Part shown: one piece after another, positions 35,376 to 48,856 of the stretch | How positions within the stretch are numbered: position 1 is the stretch's first letter | Layout: every line of letters starts with the position of its first letter | Assembly: GCF_006345805.1 (NCBI RefSeq) | Contig: NW_021824844.1 | Location: 2,098-66,097, forward strand | Length of the DNA: 64,000 nt | Reading direction: 5' to 3' | Source: Octopus sinensis | Lineage: Eukaryota | The notes under the pieces: model-generated | Database searches by the model: none | Seen by the model: only the letters and a program-made list of their open reading frames with translations | What the model was told of the DNA's origin: nothing | Program-made: the position numbers and the translations under genes

Positions 35376-35639
35376 ATTTCTACCATCTTGCTTCTTTCAG
35401 TTTCTCTCTACCAAATCTACTCACAAAGCTTATAGCAGGGTTAGGGTTAGCGGAAGGGACTTGACCAAGGTGGTGACCTACGTTGGAATTGAACCTGAAA
35501 ACCAGTAATCGGGAAGCACACTTCTTCAACATGTGGCCACATGTTAATAAATATAACCAGACAGCTACATGTTACGAAACAATAAACAAGAGATGAATAT
35601 GGAGGTTTTATAGATTGTTTCCGGGTTTATTCAAATGCA

Positions 35640-36975
35640 CACACAGACCCCCCCCCCCCACACACACACATACACATACATATACCTACAGATACAAAAA
35701 CACACACACATGTACACATATACACATACAACAACGAACCTACACGTACAAGCATTCACTTACACCCACACAGGTATATATACACACATGTACACACATA
35801 CACACACAAAATCGAACCCACACATATACAAACACCTACACACACACAGACACACAGGTGTATATACCTGCACATACACACATATGTCCATACTAACACA
35901 TATACACACGTACACACATACACAAAAAAAAAACCAACCTACACATACAAACACACTTGCACACACACAGGTATATATACACACATGTACACACATATGT
36001 CCATACTAACACATATACACACGTATACACATACAAAAACGAACCTACACATACAAACACATACACACAAGTATATATACACACATGTACACACATATGT
36101 CCATACTAACACATATACACACGTATACACATACAAAAACGAACCTACACATACAAACACATACACACAAGTATATATACACACATGTACACACATATGT
36201 CCATACTAACACATATACACACGTATACACATACAAAAACGAACCTACACATACAAACACATACACACAAGTATATATACACACAAGTATATATACACAC
36301 ATGTACACACATATGTCCATACTAACACAAAAATGAACCTACACATACAAACACACTTGTACACACACACACAAACACATACACACACACACATAGATAT
36401 ATATACACGCATGAACACACATATGTCCATACTAACACATATACACACGTACACACATACACAAAAAAAAAACCAACCTACACATACAAACACACTTGTA
36501 CACACACAGACACATACACACAAGTATATATACACACATGTACACCCATATGTCCATACTAACACATATACACATGTACACACACACAAAAACAAAAATT
36601 AACCTAAAAAAACAAACACACTTGCACACACACACACACACACAAACATACACACACACAGGTATATATACACGCATATACACACATACACAAACAAAAT
36701 CGAACCTACACATGCAAACACACTTGCACACACACAGACACATACACATATACACACACGCATAGGTATATATAGATGCCCATACACACATGTCCATACA
36801 AACACATATACACACATAAACACACACAGTACACACACACACACAGAGGTATATATACACGCACGTACACACATATGTCCATACTAACACATATACACAC
36901 ACTCAAACACATAAACACACACAGTATACACACACACATACACCCCACCCCACACATACACCCAGACACACCCAC
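35640..36975. repeat. CA/TA-rich minisatellite with a 100-bp higher-order unit
   Basis: ATACACACAAGTATATATACACACATGTAC recurs at 36061 and 36161; ORF-track peptides repeat at a 100-nt offset. Confidence 0.88.
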
Positions 36976-37142
36976 ACATTGCTGAATAGCTCCATTGTCA
37001 ACCTAATGTTTACAACTTGTCTCCACAATATCAAGCGATAATTTATTTGTTTTGCTGAAACAAAAGAAGCCTTGATGTTAAGAACAGAACACAAATAAAT
37101 CTATATTCAAGCATCCTGTATCGTTATTATCATTATTATTAC

Positions 37143-37176
<34 letters not shown>

Positions 37177-39359
37177 TTTATTATTGTTGTTGTTATTGAG
37201 TGAGAGAGCAGTGCATGCCATTAAAGTGACACTGGGGTACAAATATACAAAGCCCAGTATACCCATCATGACTACCCGTCTGATAAGGGTACACCAGGCA
37301 CATGCATTGCAACCATATGTGTGCGACATGGTGATCTCATATCAAGATAAACAGCACATGACCTTGCAGGTGGGGCCCAGTTAGAATTTTCTTCAGGTCG
37401 AGTAGCCCATCCCACTCAAAAGGTCCCTGAATAAGGGTTGTTTAAGGATGTTGAATGAAACACCCATGTTTCCAGAGGTGAATTATCCAAGCCTCCAAGA
37501 ATCCCTCTCAACACATGGCTATGATGCTCCCCCACTACTTCTGCTCGTGATCAGAGATGCACATATCGTCAGCCACTAAGGGACATGGCCAACTGGTTAA
37601 GGTCAAACAACTGACAAGCAAATCTGTGGTATTGAGCAGAATATTTGCTGTAGCCCATCTTTTATACCAAGACAAAACAATGTACATGATAACACTTCCA
37701 ATCAGTTAGGATGAGTAGCCATGAGAGCCACTGCCTGGTACTGCATCAGGGCATTTATTGTGATTATTATTATTATTATTATTATTATTATTGAATGAGA
37801 GAGCAGTGTATGCCATCAAAGTGGCATTGGGGTAAAATATACAAAGCCCAGTATACCCATCATGACTACCCATCTGATAAGGGTACACCAGGCACATGCA
37901 TCACAACCATATGTGCGCAACATGGTGATCTCATATCAAGATTAACAGTGCATGACCTTGCAGGTTAGAATTCTTCAGGTTGAGTAACCCATCCCGCTCA
38001 AAAGGTCCCTGAATAAGGGTTGTTTAAGGATGTAGAACAGACATAAAGGATGGTTGAAAGCTATCTTCAGCTGCATGCAATATATATATATATATATATA
38101 GGTAGGTCCCGGGTTGAGTCGGGGTTAACCACAGTAAATAAGGTACTCAATACATAGCAGAGTAAATTAATTTATTTTATAGAAGGAGCTTCTACAGGAC
38201 TAGAACTGTTTCATTCAAATGCCTATATATAGGCATAGGAGTGGCTGTGTGGTAAGTAGCTTGCTTACCAACCACATGGTTCCGGTTCAGTCCACTGCGT
38301 GGCATCTTGGGCAAGTGTCTTCTACTATAGCCTCGGGCCAACCAAAGCCTTGTGAGTGGATTTGGTAGATGGAAACTGAAAGAAGCCCGTCGTATATATA
38401 TATATATATATAATATATATATATATATATTATATATATGTATATATATATATATATAATAATATATAAAATATATATATATGTATGTGTGGTTTGTTTG
38501 TGTGTCGGTGTTTGTCCCCCTAGCATTGCTTGACTTGACAACCGATGCTGGTGTGTTTACGTCCCCGTAACTTAGCGGTTCGGTAAAAGAGACTGATAGA
38601 ATAAGTACTAGGCTTACAAAGAATAAGTCCCGGGGTCGATTTGCTCGACTAAAGGCTGTGCTCCAGCACGGCCGCAGTCAAATGACTGAAACAAGTAAAA
38701 GAGTAAAAGAGATATACATACATATATATGCCCCCATATATATCTTTATATATAAAACTGAAGTTGTGTGCTGTCTGTCTCCTACGATTTAGATTCCTAA
38801 CTACTCCCACATTTTGCGGTGCAGTTTAACCAAAACCGGGTATCTTATAGTCGTGATTCATATCGAGCCCTTCTGGATATTAGCGCGCGTCTACGATGAG
38901 TCTACGATTTTAAAAATAATTTACCATCATTTTTTTCCATTTTAATGCATTTTTTTCGCTATTATATAAGGGAAGTACTCTCTAAAAATGTCTACGATGA
39001 TCAACGATTAAAAAAAAAAATTACCATAATTTTTTTTCCATTTTAATGCATTTTTTTTGCTATTTTTTTGCTATAACTCTCTAAAAATGTTATATAGTGT
39101 TATTTCCCTTCCCTTACAAACCCGAGCAACGCCGGGCGATACTGCTAGTTATATATATATATATATGCGTGTGTGTGCTTGTGTGTCTGTGTTTGTCCCC
39201 CTAGCATTGCTTGACAACCGATGCTGTTGTGTTTACGTCCCCATAACTTAGCGGTTCGGTAAAAGAGACTGATAGAATAAGTACTAGGCTTACAAAGAAT
39301 AAGTCCCGGGGTCGATTTGCTCGACCAATGGCGGTGCTCCAGCATGGCCGCAGACGCAG

Positions 39360-40449
39360 AGAGATATGTCTAGAGAGAAGGAAGGAGGAGGAGAGGGAGA
39401 AAGAGAGAGACCTAGTATATACGTGCTTGTACGAAGATCGTCAGATATAGTAAAAAAATAAATAAAAAAGAGAGAAGAGAGAGAGAGAGGATGGAGGGAG
39501 GGAAATGGCGAGACAGAGTAAGAGAGAGAGAAAGAGGGAAAGGGACGTGAGAGAGAGGAGAGAGAGAGAGAGAGGATGGATGGAGGGAAACGGCGAGAGA
39601 GAGTAAGAGAGAAAGAAAGAGGGAAAGGGAGGTGAGAGAGAGAGAGAGAGAGAGAGGAGAGAGGAATGGATGGAGGGGAAACGGCGAGAGAGAGTAAGAG
39701 AGAAAGAAAGAGGGAAAGGGAGGTGAGAGAGAGAGAGAGAGGATGGATGGAGGGAAACGGCGAGAGAGAGTAAGAGAAAGAAAGAGGGAAAAGGGGGTGA
39801 GAGAGAGAGAGAGAGAGAGATGGATGGGAGGAGGAAAAGGACGAGGGAGGAAACGGGGGGAGAGGAGAGGGAGAGAGGGGGGAGAGAGAGAAAGAGAGAA
39901 AGAAAAGAGGAAAGGGAGGTGCGGATGAGAGAGAGAGAGAGGAGAGAGAGGAAGAGGGGATGGAGGAGGGAAAGGCGAGACAGAGGAAGGGGAGGAGGGA
40001 GAGGCGAGAAGAGTAAAAGAGAGAGAAAGAGGGAAAGGGAAAGGGAGGTGAGAGATAGATAGTGAGAGAGAGAGAGAGAGGAATGGAGGAGGAGTGAGTG
40101 CAGCTGGAAGTGAAGGAGCCAATCTTGTCACACGCACTTCAGACTCTCATCGAGGCTTGTTGATGAAGGCTACAAGTGTCTGCTTGTGAGAATACTTACT
40201 TATGCAGCCACACTTCACAGCAGGAATATAATAGCGAGGGGGAGGGAGGGAGAGGGAGAGAGGGCGAGAGAGGGAGGGAGGGAGAGAGGCAAGCATGTAA
40301 GTGGGTAGGAGGAGAGTGGGTGGAGATATAACTTAGACAGATAAATAGATTCATACGTACGTACGTAAATGCATGCGTACGTACGTACGTACGTACACTC
40401 ACTAGCGAGGAAGATAGCTATGGCAATAGAGAGATAGATAGACAGACAC

Positions 40450-40495
<46 letters not shown>

Positions 40496-40699
40496 GGATG
40501 GATGGATGGATGGATAGATAGATGGATAGATAGATGGATGGATGGATGGATGGATGGATGGATGGATGGATGGATGGATGGATAGAGATAGATAGATAGA
40601 TAGGTAGATAGATAGGTAGATAGATAGATAGATAGATGGATGGATGGATGGATGGATGGATGGATGGATGGATGGATGGATGGATAGATAGACAGATAG

Positions 40700-40735
<36 letters not shown>

Positions 40736-42500
40736 GGATGGATGGATGGATGGATGGATGGATAGATGGATGGATGGATAGATAGATAGATGGATGGATG
40801 GATAGATAGACAGATAGAGATAGATAGATAGATAGGTAGATAGATATGTAGGTAGGTAGGTAGGTAGATAAACAAATGGATGGATAGATAGAAAGATAGA
40901 CAGACAAATAGATAGACAATTAAGTAAATAAACCAAATGATAAACAAGTAGATAGATAGATGGATGGATGGGTAGATGGGTGGGTGGATGGACAGACGGA
41001 CAGAGACAGACAGACAGACAGACAGATAGATAGATGGATAGATAGAGAGAGAGAGAGAGACAGACAAATAAGTAAATAAACCAAATCGTAAGTAGATAAA
41101 TAGATATATAGGTAGATGGATAGATAGACAGCCAGCCAGAAAGATAGATAGATAGACAGATAGATAAGTTTCTTTATTGGCCACACAGGGCTGCACACAG
41201 ATGGGACAAGTTACAAGGTAGAGCTTTTCTTTTGTGGGATGAAAAAAAAACCAAAATACAAGAGAAACAAAAAAAAGTGGCGTAGGTTTTCGATCAAAAG
41301 GGATCGTAAAAGGGGGGAAAAGGATAGATAGATAGATAGATAGGTAGGTAGAAAGGTAAATAGGTAAGTTGATAGGTAGACGGATGTATAGATAGATCAA
41401 TTGCTCAGTGGGTAGGTGGATGGATGAACAGGTAGATTCCCCAGTTAGGTAGATACACAGGTAGGTTAAATATATTCTGTTGATGGAACGGATTCAAGAA
41501 AAGGATGGAGTAGGGAAACTAAAACACGGTAATTACATTGTCTTTAAGCTAAATGAATAAATCATTGATTACTTTCTTTCTTTCTTCCTCCTCCTCCTCC
41601 GCTACCACCACCACCACCACCACCACCACGATAACCAATGACAATAACATCGTCGCCACCACCACCACCACCACCACTAACAACAACAACAACCACCACC
41701 ACCACCACAATGATTGACATTACTGCCACCACCGCCACTGCCACCATGGCCACCACCACCACCACCAATAACAAGAAGCACTGTCACCATCTCCACCACC
41801 ACCACCACTACCACCACCACCCCAACTACCACCAGCACCACAACTACCACCAGCACCACCACTACCACCAGCACCACAACTACCACCACCACAACTACCA
41901 CCACCACCACTACCACCAGCACCACAACTACCACCAGCACCACCACTACCACCAGCACCACCACCACCAACCACCACCACTACCACAACTACCACCACCA
42001 CCACCACCACCACTACCACCACCACCACACCACTACCACCAGCACCACCACTACCACCAGCACCACACTACCACCACACCACCACTACCACAACTACCAC
42101 CAGCACCACCACTACCACCACACCACTACCACCACCACAACTACACCACCACCACCACCACCAGCACCACAACTACCACCAGCACCACCACTACCACCAC
42201 ACCACCACCACTACACCACTACCACCACACCACCACCACAACCACCACCACCACAACCACCACCACCACCACCACCACTACCACCAGCACCACCACCACC
42301 ACACACCACCACCACCACCACCACCACCACTACCACAACTACCACCAACACCACCACAGCCACCAACAACAACAACACTGTCACCATCTCCACCATCACC
42401 ACTACCACCACCAGCATCATCACCACCACCACAACCATTATCTCTACCATCACCAACCATCACCACCGCCGCCACCGCCACCACAACCACCACCACCACG
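39360..42500. repeat. Simple-repeat block: (GA)-rich 39360-40100, (GATA/GGAT)n 40420-41160, (ACC)n 41640-42500
   Basis: Visible. Confidence 0.92.
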
Positions 42501-44639
42501 TTTGCTTGTAAAGTCATTATATCAATTGTTAATTGCCATTGTATTACCATTATTGTTTTCTATTTTGTTTTATCTCTTCTTCTTTTACTTCTTCCAGTGA
42601 CCTGTCTGTGGCCATGCTGGGGCAATGCCTTGAAAGGTTTTAGTCAAACAAATCTACCATCGGGACATATTTCCGTCTACCAAATCCACTCACAAGGCAT
42701 TGGTCGGCCCGGGGCTATAGCAGAAGACACTTGCCCAAGATGCCAAGCAGTGGGACTGAACCCGGAACCATGTGGTTGGTTAGCAAGCTACTTACCACAC
42801 AGCCACGTTTTTAATTCTAATACTTATTCTATTAGTCTTGTTTTGCCGAACTGCTAAGTTACAGGTGTGCTACATTGTGAGTGGTCTACAGCAGTATCCA
42901 TAGTCTTTGCTGTTAAAAGACTTGAGCTGGATTAGGATTAGGGTTAGGATTAGAGTTAGGGTTAAACTGTACCATTAAGAGGATGTAAACAAACCAACAT
43001 CGGTTGTCAAGTGGTGGTGGTCGTGGTGGGAACAAACGCCAAAGCACACATAAGCAAAGTAAGGCTGAGTTTGGGTTCTTGGAGAGAGAATGCAGGCATA
43101 GGAGTGGCTGTGTGGTAAGTAGCTTGCTTACCAACCACATGGTTCCGGGTTCAGTCCCACTGCGTGGCACCTTGGGCAAGTGTATTCTACTATAGCCTCG
43201 GGCCGACCAAGGCCTTGTGAGTTGATTTGGTACACGGAAATTGAAAGAAGCCCTTCGTATATATATGTATATATATATGCGTGTGTGTGTTTGTGTGTCT
43301 GTGTTTGGCTCCCTAGCATTGCTTCACAACCAATGCTGGTGTGTTTACGTCCCCGTAACTTAGCGGTTCGGCAAAAGACACCGATAGAATAAGTACTAGG
43401 CTTACAAAGAATAAGTCCTGGGGTCGATTTGCTCGACTAAAAAGGTGGTGCTCCAGCATGGCCACAGTCAAATGACTGAAACAAGTAAAAGAGTAAAAGA
43501 GAGAATGCAAATCCTTAATTTATACACTAAAAATGATCATGAAATCTGGGAACAATAAAAATCCTCAAGACTTTCTGAAGATTTAAAGAATGATGAACGA
43601 AACAAGAAGATGCTTTCTTTCACAGCCTTGCTACCAAGAAGTTGGTCGGTCAAAATTTATTCTAAACAAGAGCTAGTAGGGTGCCAAGAACACCATCCGA
43701 GTGTGATCGTTGCCAGAGCAGCCAACTGGCTTCCGTACCCGTGGCACGTAAAAGGGCACCATTCGACCGTGATTGTTATTAGCGTCGCCTTACTGGCATC
43801 TGTGCCGGTGGCATGTGTAAAAAGATTCGAGCGAGGTCATTGCCAGGACCGCCTGACTGGCCCCCGTGCAGGTGGCACGTAAAAAGCACCCACTATACTC
43901 TCGGAGTGGTTGGCGTTAGGAAGGGCATCCAGCTGTAGAAACTCTGCCAGATCAAGACTGGGGCCTGGTGCAGCCATCTGGTTGCCAGCCCTCAGTCAAA
44001 ATCGTCCAACCCATGCCAGCATGGAAAGCAGACGTTAAATGATGATGATGATGATGAAAAGCACTCAAAGAGCGCAAACCACCACCAAGGCAAAACCAAC
44101 GGCCTCTCAGTGATTAGCCAGAGATGATTTTTAAAATGAGAATATCTGAAATAAACTCGACTGCTCTCACAAACGCGTAGGAGTGGCTGTGTGGTAAGTA
44201 GCTTGCTAACCAACCACATAATTCCGGGTTGAGTCCCACTACGTGGCACCTTGGGCAAGTGTCTTCTATTATAGCCTCGGGCCGACCAAAGCCTTGCGAG
44301 TGGATTTGGTAGACGGAAACTGAAAGAAGCCTGTCGTATATATATATATATGTATGTGTGTGTATATGTTTGTGTGTCTGTGTTTGTCCCCCCAACATCG
44401 CTTGACAACCGATGCTGGTGTGTTTACGTCCCTGTAACTTAGCGGTTTGGCAAAAGAGACCGACAGAATAAGTACTAGGCTTACAAAGAATAAGTCCCGG
44501 GGTCGATTTGCTTGACTAAAAGGCGGTGCTCCAGCATGGCCACAGTCAAATGACTGAAACAAGTAAAAGAGTAAAAAAAAGAGTGAAAGAGAGAATATTA
44601 AATAGGAATCGACTACTCTCAAAGATTAAGTAAAAAAAC

Positions 44640-44836
44640 AGGAAAAGTGATCCAGAATCCTTGTCCAGTACCGGATCGATCCCAAAATCTAATCAGTTCG
44701 TGCCAGTGATGAGGCCAAACATCCCTGAAAGTTTCATCTGAATCCATCCAGTGGTTCTTGAGATATCTTGTCCATGGACAGACAAACAAATACGACTGAA
44801 AACAATACCTCTGCCTTCGTTAAGGTGGAGGTAATT
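44640..44836 (+). mobile_element. Helentron (HINE)-like fragment with a terminal hairpin
   Basis: GACAGACAAAC...AAAACAATACCTCTGCC ttcgttaa GGTGGAGGTAAT. Confidence 0.55.
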
Positions 44837-44914
44837 AAAAAGAGAAAGAGAACACATACATACATTACTGGAACAACAGGATATATATCAACCAGTCTGG
44901 AGCAAAGTATGGCG

Positions 44915-45830
44915 TGGAGGCACATGGCCTAGTGGTTAGAGCAGCAGACTTGCAGTCGAGGGATCGCGGGTTTGAATCTCAGACCGGGAGATGCGTGTGT
45001 TTATGAGCGAAACACCTAAGCTCCATGTGGCTCTGGCAGAAGGTAATGGTGAACTTCTACCAGTCAGTGGAGGCACATGGCCTAGTGGTTAGAGCAGCAG
45101 ACTCGCGGTCGAGGGATCGCGGGTTCGAATCTCAGACCGGGAGATGCGTGTGTTTATGAGCGAAACACCTAAGCTCCATGCGGCTCTGGCAGAAGGTAAT
45201 GGTGAACTTCTACCAGTCAGTGGAGGCAAATGGCCTAGTGGTTAGAGCAGCAGACTCGTGGTCGAGGGATCGCGGGTTCGAATCTCAGACCGGGCGATGT
45301 GTGTGTTTATGAGTGAAAACACCTAAGCTCCACGCGGCTCTGGCAGAAGGTAATGGTGAAACTTCTGCTGACTCTTTCGTCACCACAACTTTCTCTCACT
45401 CTTTCCTCCTGCATCTTGCAGCTCACCTGTGACGGACCGGTGTCCCGTCCAGGTGGGGAACCTATACACCAAGAAACCGGAAAACCAGCCCTTATGAGCC
45501 AGGCATGGCTCGAGAAAAAACATTGTGAAGGCACATGGCCTAGTGGTTAGAGCAGCGGACTCACGGTCGGGGGATCGCAGGTTCGAATCTCAGACCGGGA
45601 GATGTGTGTGTTTATGAGCGAAACACCTAAGCTCCTCACGGTTCCGACAGAAGGTAATGGAGAAACTTCTGCTGACTCTTTCGTCACCACAACTTTCTCT
45701 CACTCTTTCCTCCTGCATCTTGCAGCTCACCTGCGATGGACTGGCGTCCCGTCCAGGTGGGAAACCTATACGCCAAGAAACCGGAAAACCGGCCCTTATG
45801 AGCCAGGCATGGCTCGAGAAGGAACAAACA
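44915..45830 (+). mobile_element. SINE family C cluster: 153-bp head units and full copies
   Basis: TGGCCTAGTGGTTAGAGC...GGGTTCGAATCTC (A and B boxes) at 44915, 45068, 45221 and about 45527. Family also at 4292-4820, 12409-13140, 24430-24640. Confidence 0.88.
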
Positions 45831-46249
45831 ACTAACAAAGTATGGCTAAACTTGGATTCTTGGGGAGAAAATACAAATCCTTAATGCTGCAAATGGTCGT
45901 GAATATTTGCGACTATAAAAATCTGCAAGTAGGTGGCCAGTCGAAATGTATTCTAAATTCAAAAGAGAAAGAGAGCACCCCACCCCCACAAACACACACA
46001 GACGTGTGTGCACATCCATTGAAAGTAAAGACTGGGAAAAAATTTGTACATTTTTAATTCTATGTTCAGCAGATTTCATTATAGGGTACGGGTTACAAAG
46101 GTACACGGGTAGAAAAAGACATGGAGATAACCTCCTATCCATAATTCTTTGTGGCTGTCTTTTGTTCTAATGTATAATTACTCTGTAAATAGAATTCACC
46201 AGAAATTTCAATTGCTATGTATGCCTCATTTAATATAAAACATCTACGT

Positions 46250-46680
46250 ACAACGGGCATGGGACAACAATAAGCTGACCAAGACCACAAAAATGAAGAT
46301 CTACCAGGCATGTGTACTTAGCACTCTACTGTATGGAAGTGAGACTTGGACGCTTTACACACGCCAAGAGCGTCGCCTAAACATCTTTCACCTGCACTGC
46401 CTATGGAAAATCCTTCGCATCAAATGGCAGAATCATGTCCCCAACAAAGATGTCCTCAAGCAAGCAGGAATACCAAGCATGTTTGCACTCCACACACCAA
46501 GATGTATGAGATGGCTTGGACATGTTAGCTGTATGGAAGATGGCAGAATCCCCAAGGACATACTCTACGGAGAGCTTGCTAGGGGTACTAGGTCTGTGGG
46601 TAGACCGTTCTTACGATACAAGGATGTTTGCAAAAGAGACATGAATGCCTGCAACATTGATATTACCAACTGGGAAGCAT
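46250..46680 (+). mobile_element. RTE/BovB-like LINE ORF2 C-terminal fragment
   Basis: YQACVLSTLLYGSETW...RWLGHVSCMEDGRIPKDILYGEL...GRP. Confidence 0.9.
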
Positions 46681-46945
46681 GGCACCTTGGGAAAGTGTCT
46701 TCTACTATAGCCTCGGGCCAACCAATGCCTTGTGAGTGGATTTGGTAGATGGAAACTGAAAGAAGCCTGTCGTATATATATATGTAGGAGTGGCTGTGTG
46801 GTAAGTAGCTTGTTTACCAACCACATGGTTCCGGGTTCAGTCCCACTGTGTGGCACCTTGGGCAAGTGTCTTCTACTATAGCCTAGGGCAGACCGATGCC
46901 TTGTGAGTGGATTTGGTAGACGGAAACTGAAAGACCTGTCATATG

Positions 46946-46978
<33 letters not shown>

Positions 46979-48040
46979 GTGTGTGTGTGTGTGTGTTTGT
47001 GTGTCTGTGTTTGTCTCCCTAGCATTGCTTGACAACCGATGCTGGTGTGTTTACGTCCCCCGTCACGTAGCGGTTCGGCAAAAAGAGACCGATAGAATAA
47101 GTACTAGGCTTACAAAAGAATAAGTCCCGGGGTCGATTTGCTCGACTAAAGGCGGTGCTCCAGCATGGCCGCAGTCAAATGACTGAAACAAGTTAAAGAG
47201 TAAAGAGAGTATATATTGCCCCTGTGCATCTTCTGCACACAAAAACTCTCATCCCGGTTAACCTACCTTTGATGTTACTGCACCACGTAATTCTACAAAC
47301 ATCGATCTACAAAACAACAGGTTTCCTAAAGGAAGACCGGAATTTAAGAGAAGAGAAAACCAAAAGATCTCATGATATTCTCTTTTACTCTTTTACTTGT
47401 TTCAGTCATTTTTACTGCGGCCATGCTGGAGCACCGCCTTTAGTCGAGCAACTCGACCCCGGGACTTATTCTTTGTAAGCCCAGTACTTATTCTATCGGT
47501 CTCTTTTGCCGAACCGCTAAGTGATGGGGACGTAAACACACCAGCATCGGTTGTCAAGCAATGCTAGGGGGACAAACACATACACACACACACACATACA
47601 TACATATATATACATTTATACATACATACAAAGGCGGCGAGCTGGCAGAAACGTTAGCACGCAGGGCGAAATGCGTAGCCGTATTTCGTCTGCCGTTACG
47701 TTCTGAGTTCAAATTCTGCCGAGGTCGACTTTGCCTTTCATCCTTTCGGGGTCGATAAATTAAGTACCAGTTACACACTGGGGTCGATGTAATCGACTTA
47801 ATCCGTTTGTCTGTCCTTGTTTATACCCTCTGTGTTTAGCCCCCTGTGGGTAGTAAAGAAATATATATATACATATATACGACAGGCTTCTTTCAGTTTC
47901 CGTCTACCAAATCCACTCACAAGGCATTGGTCGGCCCGAGGCTATAGCAGAAGACACTTGCCCAAGGTGCCACGCAGTGGGACTGAACCCGTAACCATGT
48001 GGTTGGTTACCAAGCTACTTACCACACAGCCACTCCTGCG

Positions 48041-48076
<36 letters not shown>

Positions 48077-48097
48077 CTTACATAAATATATATATAC

Positions 48098-48856
48098 ATC
48101 ATCATCATCATTGTTCGACCGTGGTCGAGACAATGGAATTTACTATGTTACGCCAGACTTCACGGTCCATCATGGCATTACGGAGGTCCTGTTGCTGGAT
48201 GCCTGTATCCCTGGAGATTACATCAGGGTAGGAGAGTGTGCGCCCTCTGGTATTGCGAGTAGATGGCTTCCAGAGGAGAAGAGTAGAAATTACATCTTTT
48301 TCAGCTCTACAACAATGTCCAGCAAACTGGACTCTCCTACCTTTCACAAGAGATGACACAGGTTGTAGTTTCCCATATATTTGCATTTTGGTTGGATGGC
48401 GCTTCCACGAGAGATTTTGAGCTCTCATAAGGAGGCGAGTGTAGGTTCCATCCAACCGCCTCTCAAGCTTCTTTGATAACGTCCAGGTTTCTGAGCCATA
48501 TAGTAGAATTGGTTCGACTGTGGTTTTGAAGATTTCAAGTTTGAAGTGTCTACTTAGATTTGATGGCCAGATCTTATGCATATCATTACAGGCTGATCAG
48601 GCCGTACCCTTTCTAGTCAGAAAGTCTTTTCCAGATGATGATATGTATGGCCCAAGATATTTATAATCAGAAACCATATTTAAAGGCGCATTGTTGAGAG
48701 TATGGATGATGCAATCACTGTTGGACAGGCACTTATTTATGTATTCAGTCTTGGCCTCATTGAGGTAAAGACCTACACAATTTGAGCCTTGTTCGAGAGA
48801 TTGTAAAAGAGACTGGGCATTGGAGAGAGAATCACTGATAAGAGCGATGTCAGTGA
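48098..48856 (-). mobile_element. RTE-clade LINE 3' fragment with (TGA)n tail
   Basis: VEPILLYGSETWTL...RRVQFAGHC...WRNIVNS ending in tgatgatgatg. Confidence 0.9.

Noticed and set aside
38101-38222. Possible Penelope-type remnant with GAAACAGTT on the minus strand
   Set aside because: It is truncated before any stem II or core, so there is too little to support a call.
40194-40245. Minus-strand TAA|gtaagt donor as an alternative 5'UTR exon
   Set aside because: The donor is good, but there is no acceptor or promoter evidence, and such hexamers are frequent by chance.
42913-43179. Recurrent peptide [27 protein letters not shown] in many ORFs
   Set aside because: It is the antisense translation of the SINE-A head, not a gene family.
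44915-45000. tRNA gene
   Set aside because: A and B boxes are present, but there is no closing acceptor stem and it continues into a SINE body found many times in the window.
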